Origin: Rhizophagus irregularis
Lineage: Eukaryota
Assembly: GCF_026210795.1 (NCBI RefSeq)
Contig: NC_089436.1
Span: 186,001-250,000 of the forward strand
Direction: 5' to 3'
Length of the DNA stretch: 64,000 nt
In this document: one piece after another, positions 1-12,700 of the stretch
Position numbering within the stretch: the first letter of the stretch is position 1
Layout: each line of letters opens with the position of its first letter
Program-made: the position numbers and the translations under genes
The notes under the pieces: generated by a model
The model's input: only the letters and a program-made list of their open reading frames with translations
Database searches by the model: none
Told to the model about the DNA's origin: nothing

Positions 1-151
1 CAAAACAATAATCAATTATAGTTTCAGATTTATTTATTATTAAAAGTTTCTTGAATATGCTTATGGTTTACCTTAATATTGAATCTTAAAATCCAGAAAT
101 AATATCGTCATATTAAAAAAAAAGTTCTTCAGAATTAATTAATAAAATATT

Positions 152-1579
152 TCATTGACGAGGTTCAATCCTCGCCCTTCCTGGTGTTCTTAATGATACA
201 GCAGGATAAATTTCATTAGGTAAATCACGAAATGCAATAGGATATCTTTCTCCATTGATGGAAAATGAACAAGTTCTTTCTCCCATATCCAAATGTACAG
301 TTATTCTATCATTTTTTTTAAACTCTTTTCCGTATTTATTTGTATAAGGTCCATTTTCTTCTTGTGTATTATGACAAATAGCTCCATTAGAACCAAAAAC
401 CCAGCCATATGCTTGTTTCCCAAGCCATGAATTGTAATCAACATCAAATTCTTTTATAGTACAAATTCCAACCCAAAAACAATCACATATTTCCTCAACC
501 ACTATATCCCATTCAAATATATCTTGCCCGCTTATAGGAACTGCTGTTCTAATCCATTCATGTGAAAGAGAATTTGAAACAACAACAAACGTGCTTTTTA
601 AGTACATATTACTACCACGAGCATTGTCATCCCATTGGAGTGAGATATCATTTAAGCAAATGTGCTTTCCAGCCAATAAAGCCTGCTTTCGATATACACC
701 TATTAAGGTTTTTGAGTCAATCAAACCATCAAGAGGTTCAATGATATTTGAAATTATAAATGGATGAATTCGTTCTAATTTTACAAGATTAAGTAAAGGG
801 TATGTTTTTGTTATCATCGTTGACTGATACTTTGCATGACCTTGTATATTATATATATCAAGAGAGACGTTACTATTTCTATTGAAATTTTTAAGAGTTT
901 TTGAAGAAGGCAAACATGACTCATAAAATGATAAAGCCTCTTCTGAAATTTCATTAGCGGCCCATAATATAACATAATGAAATAAATCATATTCCGATAT
1001 AGAGAATATCTTGGTTCCTTCCTCTCTTTTGACATTTGATAAAATATATTCTAATGCTTTAAAATTTAAATTAAAATACTCTATTGACTTTAATGACATT
1101 GAATTAATTGAATCGCATAATAAATTAACAAATTCATTATTAGTTGATTCCATACATTCCAAAAGTCGGGACAACACTTTAGCGGATATATTTATCTTAT
1201 TTACATTATTATTTCTTAGGTGATTTTTAAAAAATTCAATTATTTGACATTTTAATTGTTCGAGTAAAAAATAATCAGCGCCATGAAAAGCTTCAGCAAC
1301 CATTTCAATTGTTAAAGTTTGTTCTGTCACTCTTCCAGTATATAGATATTCAAGGATAACATGTAAAGTATCTGAAGAAACTTCTGGAAATTCAATCACT
1401 TCTTGTAAAGATTCTTTCATTCCGTTTAATAACATACGTTTAAATACTTCTGAACGCACCGCCAATATCACTCGATGAGCGTTTATTTCTACTCCGTCAT
1501 TTCCTTTTATTTTGATATCACTAAGTAAAGTATTATTTAATAGAGATTTTAAATCATTTGATAGTGTTTCTGCATACAT
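152..1579 (-). CDS. BTB/POZ-(BACK-like)-SPRY/B30.2 domain protein
   Basis: N-terminal BTB motif SDIKI..AHRVILAVRSEVFKRML..EFPEVSS..ILEYLYTG; C-terminal SPRY motifs EWDIVV..WVGI..GWVFGS..ITVHLDM..YPAVSL; intronless 475 aa ORF. Confidence 0.9.
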   Translation of the reverse strand: MYAETLSNDLKSLLNNTLLSDIKIKGNDGVEINAHRVILAVRSEVFKRMLLNGMKESLQEVIEFPEVSSDTLHVILEYLYTGRVTEQTLTIEMVAEAFHGADYFLLEQLKCQIIEFFKNHLRNNNVNKINISAKVLSRLLECMESTNNEFVNLLCDSINSMSLKSIEYFNLNFKALEYILSNVKREEGTKIFSISEYDLFHYVILWAANEISEEALSFYESCLPSSKTLKNFNRNSNVSLDIYNIQGHAKYQSTMITKTYPLLNLVKLERIHPFIISNIIEPLDGLIDSKTLIGVYRKQALLAGKHICLNDISLQWDDNARGSNMYLKSTFVVVSNSLSHEWIRTAVPISGQDIFEWDIVVEEICDCFWVGICTIKEFDVDYNSWLGKQAYGWVFGSNGAICHNTQEENGPYTNKYGKEFKKNDRITVHLDMGERTCSFSINGERYPIAFRDLPNEIYPAVSLRTPGRARIEPRQ

Positions 1580-1966
1580 TATTGAGGAAAAAAAATGTTA
1601 GAAATTTAAAGAAACTTGAACGAATTTTATTAGGCTGAACATTAGTAATTTAACTTAAAAAGGTAAATCATATGAAAAATAAATACACAAAAATGATGAT
1701 CACATTAGATAGTCGTATCGGTGACTAAATAACGTATGTGTTGGAAATGTACAAAATTGCATTACAATAAAATTTTTAATTTTAAGGGAATATTTTATTT
1801 TAGTATAATTTCATCGTACAATATTATTTGTTAACTTTGAATATATCTAATAAGATGTCTCTTATTTTGTTTGTAATTTTAAATACTGTAACATAAATAA
1901 TCAAGAAATTTAAACATGAATAGATTTAAAAACTGGAAAAATAAAATAAACTAACCTTACATTTTT

Positions 1967-3421
1967 TCATTTTATTGAATTATATTGATGAGGTTCAATT
2001 CTCGCCCTTCCCGGTGCCTTCAAAGATACAGCAGGATAAATTTCATCAGGTAAATCACGAAATGCAATAGGATATCTTTTTCCGTTGATGGAAAATGAAC
2101 AAGTTCTTTTTCCCATATCCAAATGTACAGTTATTCTATCATTTTCTTTAAGCTCTTTTCCGTATTTATTTGTATAAGGTCCATTTTCTTGTTGTGTATT
2201 ATGACAAATAACTCCATTAGAACCAAAAACCCAGCCATATGCTTGTTTCCCAAGCCATGAATTGTACTCGACATTAAATCCTTTTTCTGTACAAATTCCA
2301 ACCCAAAAACCATTACACATTTCCTCAACCATGATATTCCACTCAAATATACTACTTTGTCTGCTTATAGGAATTGTCGTTCTAATCCATTCATGTGACA
2401 AAGAGTTTGATGTAATAAGAGACGTATTATTTAGGTATATATTACTACCATGAGCTTTATCATCCCACTGAAATGAGACACAATCAAAGTAAGCGCTTTT
2501 TCCAGCAAATAATGCCTGCTTCCGATATACATCTATTAAAGTCTTTGAATCAATCAAGCCATTAAGGGGTTCAATAATATTTGAAATTATAAATGGATGA
2601 ATTCGTTCTAATTTTACAAGATTAAGTAAAGGAGATGTTTTTGTTAACATCATTGACTGATACTTTGCATGACCTTGTATATTATGTATATAAATAAGCG
2701 GATTGCTATTCCTATCAAGACTTTTGACTGTTTCTGAAGAAGGTAGACATGACTTATAAAATGATAAAGCCTCTTCTGAGATTCCGCTTGCAGCCCATAA
2801 TATTATATAATGAAATAACTCATATTCTGATAAGGAAAACATCATGATTTCTTTTCTTTTGACATTTGATAAACAATATTCCAATGCATTGACAGTTAAA
2901 TTACAATATTCGATCGACTTTAATGAAACTGAGTTAATTGAATCGCATAGTAGATCAATAAATTCATTATCAGATGATTCCATACACTCCAATAGTCGGG
3001 ATAAAACTTTAGCAGAAAGATTCAACTTGTTTTCAGTATTATTTCTTAGATGATTATTGAAAAATTCAATAATTTGAAGTTTTAGTTGTTCGAGTAAAAA
3101 ATAATCAGCGCTATGAAAAGCTTCAGCAACTATTTCAATTGTTAAAGTGTGTTCTGTCACTTTTCCAGCATATAGATATTCAATAATGACATGTAAAACA
3201 TCTGAAGAAAACTCCGGAAATTCAATCACTTCTTGTGAAGATTCTTTCATTCCGTTTAATAACATACGTTTGAATACTTCTGAACGCACCGCTAATATCA
3301 CTCGATGAGCATTTATTTCTTTTCCGTCATTTCCTTTTATTTTGATATCACTAAATAAAGTATTATTCACTAGAGTTCTTATATCTTTTAATAGAAATGC
3401 TTCCGCCGGATTTGGTTGCAT
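1967..3421 (-). CDS. BTB/POZ-SPRY domain protein, tandem paralogue of 152-1579
   Basis: Same BTB and SPRY motifs; long identical stretches with the neighbouring gene (e.g. LERIHPFIISNIIEPL, WLGKQAYGWVFGSNG). Confidence 0.9.
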   Translation of the reverse strand: MQPNPAEAFLLKDIRTLVNNTLFSDIKIKGNDGKEINAHRVILAVRSEVFKRMLLNGMKESSQEVIEFPEFSSDVLHVIIEYLYAGKVTEHTLTIEIVAEAFHSADYFLLEQLKLQIIEFFNNHLRNNTENKLNLSAKVLSRLLECMESSDNEFIDLLCDSINSVSLKSIEYCNLTVNALEYCLSNVKRKEIMMFSLSEYELFHYIILWAASGISEEALSFYKSCLPSSETVKSLDRNSNPLIYIHNIQGHAKYQSMMLTKTSPLLNLVKLERIHPFIISNIIEPLNGLIDSKTLIDVYRKQALFAGKSAYFDCVSFQWDDKAHGSNIYLNNTSLITSNSLSHEWIRTTIPISRQSSIFEWNIMVEEMCNGFWVGICTEKGFNVEYNSWLGKQAYGWVFGSNGVICHNTQQENGPYTNKYGKELKENDRITVHLDMGKRTCSFSINGKRYPIAFRDLPDEIYPAVSLKAPGRARIEPHQYNSIK

Positions 3422-4683
3422 TATTGAGTTGATGAGGGAAAAAATTTTGCTGCAGTTGAATTTTAAGGCTGAGCATTTTATATCACACTATGGCAAATAT
3501 GGCAATAAAAACGACAATAACATTAATTATTAAAGCATAAAGCGTTTATGCATCACTGTATCACAAAGTCACATGAATCATTCGATTAATCTTTTCTCCT
3601 TTAGGTAAAGATATCCCTTTTTATATATTTTTTTGGGATAAAGAATTCGTTGTAATGCCATTTAAAGCATTTAAGGCCTTTTATTTTGTTGAAAGCTCAT
3701 TTTTATGTAGAGGTGCGTAATTAACTAGAAGACAAAAATTGAACTTTAAGGATAATGCTCTTTCTATGACGTAGCAGATTAAACGTATTAACTATTCGAA
3801 GAATAAAAGAAATATAATTTATATCATTATAAATTTTAAGCAAGAAAATATTAATAAGAATTTCAATATATTAAAAAAAGGATTAAGAAAAATAAATCAA
3901 TAAAATTTATCAAAAAATTACGAAGTATGGATATGTAAAATTTTTTATACTTACAAAAGTATAATATAAAAAATGTTACGCGTTTCCTTTTTCGTGATAA
4001 CTGTAATACAGTATTTTTGCGTTACGGTTTCCTTTTGGATTATCTTAAGTGCACGATAATTGACACTAACTTTTCACGAGTGATCGTATCTAAATAATAC
4101 AAAAATAGTCATGTACTTTATCTACATTTATAATGTAATTGTAGATTTGTTAAAATATAATACAATCCTTAATTGAAATTCGGTACATTTTTTCATGTAT
4201 AAATTTAACGGCGATAGTACGTTTGTTTAATATTTACGGTATAATAAAGTACATTTAAAATTATCTATTATTTCATACATTAAAAATAAACGAGATAACC
4301 ACATTAAGTCACGTGAATTATGGTCGTGAATCTGTCACACGAACAAATTGTTCGCGAGTCGCGACTTCGCGTTTTAAATCCGTAAATGTAATAATGTAAA
4401 ATATTTTTATATGAACGAATACTAATTAAAGAAACATGGTTATCGTGTAGAGATAATTTTTTTTAATTTTTTTGAATGATCAAATGATCAGGTCATGTCT
4501 TTAGATAAAGAAATTTTTTAATTTGGAAAAGTGGAATGCGTGCGGAAGTAAAATTTAGTTATGCATCAGCGTGCAAATCAGGCGCAGTTTATAAACTACT
4601 ATAAATCACTCGTAAAATCTTACCTCTTCTCTCTTTTCTCTCTTTCCTAAACATAATAAACATTATAATTAAACTATCGGAAA

Positions 4684-6081
4684 ATGTCTCTGTCAAGCGA
4701 TTTAATGTGCATATTACAAGATCCATCACTTAGTGATATCAAAATAAAAGGAAACGATGGAGAAGAAATAAACGCTCATCGTTTGATATTAGTGGCGCGT
4801 TCAGAAGTATTTAAACGTATGTTATTAAGTGAAATGAAAGAATCTACTCAAGATGTAATAGAATTTCAAGAATTTTCTTCGAAAGCTTTGCAAGTTATTG
4901 TTGAATTTTTCTATACCGGAAAAGTATCAAAAAAAACTCTAAAACCTGAAATAGTGTTTGAAGCTTTATGTTGTGCTGATTATTTCTTACTTGGAGTACT
5001 CATGCTTCACATTATCAGATTCGTTAAAAATAATATGGAGGATAAGATGAATATTTTGTCAAAAATTTTATCCCGAATTTTAGAATCATCTTGTAGAGAG
5101 TTGGCTAATATTATATGTGATCTAATTGATTTAGTTTCACTAAAGTCTATCGATTATCATAATTTGAGTTCCAAAGCATTGGAATATATTTTATTATATA
5201 ATCAAGAGGAAGAAACAAATATGTTCTCCCTATCATCAGGTTATGATTTATTTCGATATATCACATGTTGGGCCGCGAGCGAAATTTCAGAAGAGGTTTT
5301 AGCATTTTATGAATTATATTTACCTTCTTCTGAAACTGTTAGAATTCTTGATTCAAGCGATACACAAAAATGGGATCGTAATATACCTTTTAAGGAAGAG
5401 TTACATATAAAGTATAGGTCCGAAATTGTAACAAAGACATCGACATTACTTAATTATGTGAATTTAGAAGTAATACATCCACTTGTATTTTCAAATGAAC
5501 TTATTAAAGATTTAGTTGATTCAAATATATTGACAGAAGTTTATCGTAAACAAGCTTTATTGGCTGGAAATTACTTTTCTATGCTTAAAAATGCCTTTAA
5601 GTGGAAGGTTAAAAGGTATAGACAATTGGAGAATCCCTTTATTTTTGACTCACAATCTAATACACATGAATGGGTTAGAACAAAATTTCCTTTTAGTGGA
5701 CAAGATATAGTTGAGTGGGATATCGTGGTTGAAAGAATGTGTAAATCTTTTTGGGTTGGAATTTGTGCAGATAATGGATTTAATGTTAATAACAACTCGT
5801 GGCTTGGGCAACACTCATACGGTTGGGTTCTTGGATCGAATGGATTTATCTGTCATCATAAAAAAGATAAGGACCCTTTCAAAAACAAGTACGGACAAAA
5901 GTTTAATGAAAAAAGTCGAATTACCGTACGTTTGAATATGGGGGAAAGAACGTGTTCTTTTACTATTGATGGAACCAGATATCCTATAGCATTTCGCGAT
6001 TTACCTGATGAAGTTTATCCTGCTGTGTCTTTAATGTTACCAGGAGTGGCGAGAATTGAACCATTATTTGGTAGAACTTGA
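4684..6081 (+). CDS. BTB/POZ-SPRY domain protein, divergently transcribed, more distant paralogue
   Basis: SDIKIKGNDGEEINAHRLILVARSEVFKRML; SPRY motifs WVGIC, YGWVLGSNG, YPAVSL. Confidence 0.9.
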   Translation: MSLSSDLMCILQDPSLSDIKIKGNDGEEINAHRLILVARSEVFKRMLLSEMKESTQDVIEFQEFSSKALQVIVEFFYTGKVSKKTLKPEIVFEALCCADYFLLGVLMLHIIRFVKNNMEDKMNILSKILSRILESSCRELANIICDLIDLVSLKSIDYHNLSSKALEYILLYNQEEETNMFSLSSGYDLFRYITCWAASEISEEVLAFYELYLPSSETVRILDSSDTQKWDRNIPFKEELHIKYRSEIVTKTSTLLNYVNLEVIHPLVFSNELIKDLVDSNILTEVYRKQALLAGNYFSMLKNAFKWKVKRYRQLENPFIFDSQSNTHEWVRTKFPFSGQDIVEWDIVVERMCKSFWVGICADNGFNVNNNSWLGQHSYGWVLGSNGFICHHKKDKDPFKNKYGQKFNEKSRITVRLNMGERTCSFTIDGTRYPIAFRDLPDEVYPAVSLMLPGVARIEPLFGRT

Positions 6082-7331
6082 TAACATTAGTAATAGTTAC
6101 TGCGCCATTATTATACGATCACTTGTTTTACTTTTCATTAAAATCAATAAAAAGTAAAGATTTATTATAATTTGTTCTATTCCTAGAGTTTAATTACAGA
6201 ATTGAATGAATTAAATGTGTTTACTTTATATTTGTGATTTGCGATTGGAATTAATTACTATTATATGTGCGTTAACTTATAGACTTATTTTGTAAAATAA
6301 TTTATATCAAAAAAAAAAATACCTTTGCGATATAACAATGTAAATTATGATTTATAACATAAGGAATTCGCTATTTATCTTAACTGTGACTGATTAAGCA
6401 ATAAGTTCGCGTTTACAACCATAAAATAGATTTTGACGGAATAACATTTCATCTTGATCCAGAAATTATTCACGTGTATTATTATTTTCCGATTTTTCGC
6501 GATGGAAATCAATTGTAACATCGATTTCTGTCATCTATACACCACCAAATCTTTTTGCAAAAGAAAATTTTTCTTTCATTCTTGAACTGTGATCAAAATC
6601 ATCAAACTGTTAATTATGTCAAAATTAGTAAACATTAACAGAAGTTGCTCGAAAACTCAAGAGGAAACAGTTGAATTATTTTCCTATTTACCAGACATAA
6701 TAATCAACTAGCTTAGGTGCTGATATGACTTGTTATTTTGATAGAAATTTACTTTTAACTTTCTCGAAGTATGGTACGTTCTCTCTCACATAGTAATTCT
6801 ATCATGTACTAAATTTTTGTTTCTGCGTCATACAATATTACTAATACTTAACTGTATTATAATAACTAATTTCTATTGATATCGTTTCTCATTCCTTTAT
6901 GGAAATTGTTTCTTCTGATGCATTTCTTGTTACTTTTATTTCTTTTATTGCTCGTCCCGAGGTAGAGGAGGAAATTTACAATTTAATGGATATAAACCTG
7001 CTGAAAATTTTTTAAATATTTTATTTTTGATGAAGATTTTTTTTTTTTTAAAAAAAAAAAAAAATTTTGATGAACATTACACGAATTTTTCAAATCGATT
7101 ATAATATATGAATTTGTATGTGTAACATACATCACACAAAATTTCCTTTTGTAGTAATAAGAATTTTTTAACTTTTATAGTAGTGCCACTAATGGGGGTG
7201 TGACATGGCAACGTGTAAAAAATAATTTAATATTTTATATATATTTATACTAGTGTTGGCGCTATAACGATAATCGGATTCATAATAATAATATTTTTAT
7301 ATGATTTAATTTCAAACCTAACAGGGATTTG

Positions 7332-7404
7332 GCTTCCTTAGCGCAGTAGGCAGCGCGTCAGTCTCATAATCTGAAGGTCGTGAGTTCGAACCTCACAGGG
7401 AGCA
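7332..7404 (+). tRNA. tRNA-Met(CAT), elongator type
   Basis: Acceptor stem GCTTCCT/AGGGAGC, anticodon arm TCAGT-CTCATAA-TCTGA, T-loop GTTCGAA (elongator rather than initiator), downstream T-run typical of a Pol III terminator. Confidence 0.95.
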
Positions 7405-8088
7405 ATAATTTTTTTTTTTACATTTTTAAGGGGGATGATGATAAATATTTAGTGTTACATTATTATTTTATTAAACAAATAATTTTTTTTTTTGCCTGCG
7501 GTATTAATATATTAATCAAGCTTTCTTGTTATAAGATACTGTATATTTTTTAACTTGTAACAAAATTGAACATTTATTGTTATTATTATTATTTTTTTTT
7601 AAATATGAATATTATTTGATAAGATTAAAAGGTTTCAAAAAAGGATTCAAGGCGTATGGCGTATTCGTAGCTTTAAAAGATAATAATAATAATAATAATA
7701 AAACATTTTAAAACTTGACAATTAAAATAATATAATTTTATTGTTATCACTTTTTTATAATTTACATACATCGAAGGGGTATGACCTCCTTAAAAAGGGA
7801 ATGTTGTAAATTATTGTACAAAAGAGAAATATTTTGTTGAATTGATTGCATTATATGGTAATTTTACTGCGGTTTTGGTCACTTATTATTCTAAAAAAAA
7901 ATTAAACATGGTGTCATTTTTTTAAACTTTTTTTTGTTTCGGAATATTAAAAAAAAAAAAAAAAAGAGGGAAATCTGTATCAAAAATTTTACGACTTTTT
8001 TTTTTATAAAATAAGTAAATAAATAAATAAAAAAGTATTACTAAATAAAGTCAATTTTAATTTATTTTTAAAAATATGATTGTATTAG

Positions 8089-8200
8089 AATATAATAATA
8101 ATATATAATAATAATATATAATAATAATATATAATAATAATATATAATAATAATATATAATAATATATATAATATATTATAATAATATAATAATTATATA
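8089..8200. repeat. (AATAATAATATAT)n AT-rich minisatellite
   Basis: Tandem units read directly from the sequence. Confidence 0.8.
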
Positions 8201-8815
8201 CATAATATTTTAAACTATAAAACAAAATAGAGTTTCAGTTAAATAAACAAGACTGTACAGAAAATCATTTTACGACTATAACTTTCGGATTTCGGAGAAT
8301 GGTTTTATACATATTGTATTGTCCATTATATATTGTAAAAATTAAAATGAATGTTAAAAAAAAAAAAAAAATGTTTGTGTGTTAGGTGTGTAAAATAAAT
8401 AAATAAATAAATAAATAAATAAGTAATAAAATAAAATAAAATAAAAATAAAATTTCTCCAAGTTTTAAAATTTTTTTTGATTAAAATGTCTTAAACATGT
8501 GTTTCAGGAGATTTAATTGTTCCTCGTTCCTAAAAAAAAAAAAATTTGAAACAAAGGATACCATTTTAGGTATTAAATTGAATACCGTTCGATCGACAAC
8601 CCTTGTATATTGTCTATGCGCAGTAAATTAAAGAAACAATAATTTTTTTTTTGATACCAAAAAATGAATAAATATAGGATGGTTCATGACCTGGTTTTTC
8701 TTCGCACTTAAAGATTTTGACAGTTTAATCTTAATCTTATAAAAGATAAAAAAGTTATATAAGGAAATTCAATTTCTTTCCAAATAACAAAAATAACAAC
8801 AATACAATCTTTCTT

Positions 8816-8887
8816 TGTTTAACCTGTTCAACCTGTTCAACCTGTTCAACCTGTTCAACCTGTTTAACCTGTTTAACCTGTTTAACC
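8816..8887. repeat. 9-bp tandem repeat (TGTTYAACC)x8 just upstream of the BTB gene start
   Basis: Read directly; produces the spurious RLN-repeat ORF on the minus strand. Confidence 0.9.
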
Positions 8888-8916
8888 TTGAATAAAAAAA
8901 CAAACAACCAATAAAA

Positions 8917-9387
8917 ATGTCAAGAGCAACTTCCCAATTAAGAATTCGATACTTATCTTCCGCAGCCACATCATTAATTGATGGTATTCCTGTTACCTTC
9001 ATTATATCCAAATTACATCAAATAGGACCAAATTTTTTTGATGATAAATCGTCGTCAATTGCGGAATTACAAGTTGATGGGATAGATAGACCATTTTGGA
9101 TTCATAAAGAATGGTTAATATTACAATCCAGTTTCTTTCAACAAGTTTTTGAAGGTGTCAAATCAAATGACAGTATAATTAAAATCCGAGTTCCTTCTCC
9201 TGAAACTTTTGAATCCCTATTAGAATTTTTATATGATGGTGATGCCGATAAGTTGTACGATACTCTTACCCAAGATAATTATTTTGATGTATGGAAAAAT
9301 ATAGAATTTTTAGGTCTTGGTCCTGCAATTAGAGCCGTTTGGATCGCTTTTTATCAAAATAATATCGAATTAGACACTCGATCGTAA
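8917..9387 (+). CDS. Small BTB/POZ-domain protein
   Basis: FWIHKEWLILQSSFF..VPSPETFESLLEFLYDGD..NIEFLGL matches the BTB pattern. Confidence 0.8.
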   Translation: MSRATSQLRIRYLSSAATSLIDGIPVTFIISKLHQIGPNFFDDKSSSIAELQVDGIDRPFWIHKEWLILQSSFFQQVFEGVKSNDSIIKIRVPSPETFESLLEFLYDGDADKLYDTLTQDNYFDVWKNIEFLGLGPAIRAVWIAFYQNNIELDTRS

Positions 9388-9669
9388 ATCAATTTTTTTT
9401 TTTAAAAAAAAATATTTTAAATTTTAAGAATTTAAGAAAAAAAAATTAATATACATATATATGTATTACATATATATGAAAAAAAAAATCAAAATCATGT
9501 AAAATAGAATTTCTCAACCCTTTTTAATTTAGCATTAAAAAAAAAATTAATTAATTAATTAATAATTAAGATCAAAAAATTTATATGTATTTTTCAACCC
9601 TTTAAGATTTTTATTTTCTAAGCATCAATTGTGTTTAAGTTTAAAAAAAAAAAATTTTTTTTTTTTTAC

Positions 9670-9700
<31 letters not shown>

Positions 9701-12700
9701 ATTGTTTATAATATATATAAAAAAAAACCAAAAAAAAATCATTTTTTTTTCTATTTTTTTTTTTCTTTCAAAAATCTTTTTTTTTAAAAAAAATATTATT
9801 CGTGAATAGATTTCACAAAAAAAATAAAAAATAAAAAAAAATAAAAACTTTTTTACAAATTTCAATCATAATTTTTTTTTTTTCATATGCAATGATGGTA
9901 AATTGTACAATTAAATTTTTTAAATTTGTACATTTTGTACATAAAAAAGTCTGTCGTAATTTTCCTCGAATAATAATTGATTCACATTGTCATTGTAATC
10001 CACGAAATAATTATCCTACATTCGAATATGCATGTCATTACATAAATTAAGCAAATCAAGCACAGATTTTATTAATTGATTTCAAATTTTTTTTCAATTG
10101 CGATAAAAGTTTTTTACGCCGAATTTGTTATTGTAAAGAAAAAACATATAAAATTTTTTTTAATACGGAGAAAAGCTACATATTTTAAACGTAATAAATC
10201 TTATTATTAGAAAATGAATAATATATATTTTTTTATTGTTATTATTATTTAAAAAAAAAAAATAAATAAATAATAATTTTTTGTATACCTCATTTTCAAA
10301 ATTTTCAGCCATTATGTTTGATCCATATGGCGTATTTTTATTTCATATGAAAAAAATACATTTTATATATATTTATAATATGTATATGTATGTTTTTTTA
10401 TCTTATTAAACTTGTTCACTTTTACATTTGATATTCATAAGATATAATGTTCTTTATAAAATAATGAAGGTAATTTTTAGTAATTTCGAAAAAAAAAACG
10501 ACTTAAAAAAAAAACTATCCCCAATAATACATGGGGAACATAATACAATCATACTAACTATAAATCTCCTAACCCTTAAACGGTAAGACAATTTTTATAA
10601 ATGACTTAATCGTAAACGATCATGTTACACGTTAATTTTTTGGTTCAACTTAACCTAATCTAAATATGGATATGAAGGGGATAAAAGTAATTTAACTTGC
10701 CGTAAATCCAGCTTAAATGTTTGCATATCTGTGTATTGCACATCATTTTTTTTTATATATTGCCCCCGAATATCATTTTTAAGGCTTTAAACGAATCAAA
10801 AAGAAAATAATCACTTTTCTAAATTAAAATTATTTCTTGATGGTTTCCAACTCGTTCGTTCGCAATTACTTGGAATTCTCTCGATAAAATTGATGTACTT
10901 TTCAAAACTCAATATTAACCGTACGATATCAATCTCAAAAATAAAAATAATCTCTAATATCTTCTAATTGTCTTTATTCTTTTTTTTAAAAAAAATACAA
11001 AAACAACCTGTTGCATTACATGTAATATTAAGATGTCATCGTATTACAAAGGAACTTGATAGATGCAAGAAACTTGTAACAACTGAGGCTAAAAGGAGTT
11101 TCCGAATTAATATCATTAATTATCGGAAGTTACAAATAACGAAACCAAAAGTTAAACAGAAGAAGTCAACAATGGAGACAAATTGTTTTTATTTTTTTTC
11201 AACAATCGAAATCAACAGCAAATCCATCATGAAGAAAATCGCAAACATATATGAATCCTCGACTTTTTTAAATAATATGCAGAAACATGAACAACGTATC
11301 TTATGGACTCCCAATGACTCCAATAGAGGACAATATAATTTATTAACAATACTTATCATATGGTTGACCCGTTAGGATTCTACTTCGTTCTTGGTGTCGT
11401 CGCACAATAATTGAATAATAATAAAATTATGATTAATGATACATTGTTCTTCTAACAACCTTCGAACAGTGTTTTCAACCAATAAAATATATGAATGTGT
11501 TAAAACCATCCTTAAGAGCTCCTTATAATTGGCGCATAAAAAAAAAATATACTTTTAGTTTTATATACACGAATACTATTTTATATTGCAAATATTGAGA
11601 GTATAAAATTTTAAATCCCCTTTATCTGTTATTTGTTTTAGAACGCTTTCTTTTTTTATACATTCTTTTTGCTTTTTTTTTTTTTCTTTTAAAAAAATAA
11701 CAAGTTCATAATTATTTTACGAAATTTCATTGGATACTTTAAATTCATTTTTTATTATTAATTTTTGAATTGTTGGTAATTAAATACAATTTGCACGACA
11801 TCATACAACATAAATATTATATTATGCCATGCATGTTTGAAAAGGGAAAAACCATCTATTTTCGGGTTTTTGAAATGTAAATCATTTTTATTTAACGTGA
11901 TTAAAGTTTCAGCAAATCATCGATCTCTAACAAAGGGTTAGTTTTAGTGTTTCATCGAAAAATGATTTTGTTACATTATAATGAAAAATAAAAAAGGTTA
12001 ATGAATAAAAAGATTAACTGTTGATAATTTGATTATCATATTGAATGAATCGATTATTTTACTTATAATAAATGATAAATTGATTTTCAAAGGTTTCGCA
12101 TTCTATACTGTATTTAAATAATAAAATTATTCATATTGTGTGATAATGCCAAAAAGTTTTTTTAAGTATACAGACAGGGACTTTCCTATCAAACGATCGT
12201 TTGAAGTTCAATAATATATGATCTTTTCTTATTGATTGACGATGACTGTACGTTCGGAAGTTTCAAACAATACGTTATTATGTGAAATATAATATGTAAA
12301 ATTTTACAAGTACAATCATTATTTAATTTATACATTGTTATACCCGCAGCAGAAATAATTTTTAGTAATTAAAATGGTAAAAAATACTAAAATACCTTTT
12401 TATTGTTCTGATATCATATTCTCATTTTTAAATGATCAAAAAGCATTACTATATCACGTACTATGAATAACATAAATAATCGTATGGAATTATTATTATT
12501 TTGTTTCATAAAATTCGTTATAATTTGGATACAATAAATTTTATTATCAATAAACAAAAAGAAGACAGTGAGACAAGTGAGACAATGAGACACTCTCAAG
12601 TCTCTATCACTTATATTTTTATCATTATATTTCTACTTTTGTAAAAGATTCATGATTCTATAATTTGAGGTAAATGTAGAACATGGAACAAACTTTTTTT

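Noticed and set aside
8769..9011. ORF with RLN repeats
   Set aside because: Translation of a 9-bp tandem repeat antisense to the BTB gene
10800..11520. ORF 10968-11375 and a possible decayed F-box/LRR relic on the minus strand
   Set aside because: No convincing motif in a continuous frame; too degraded to call
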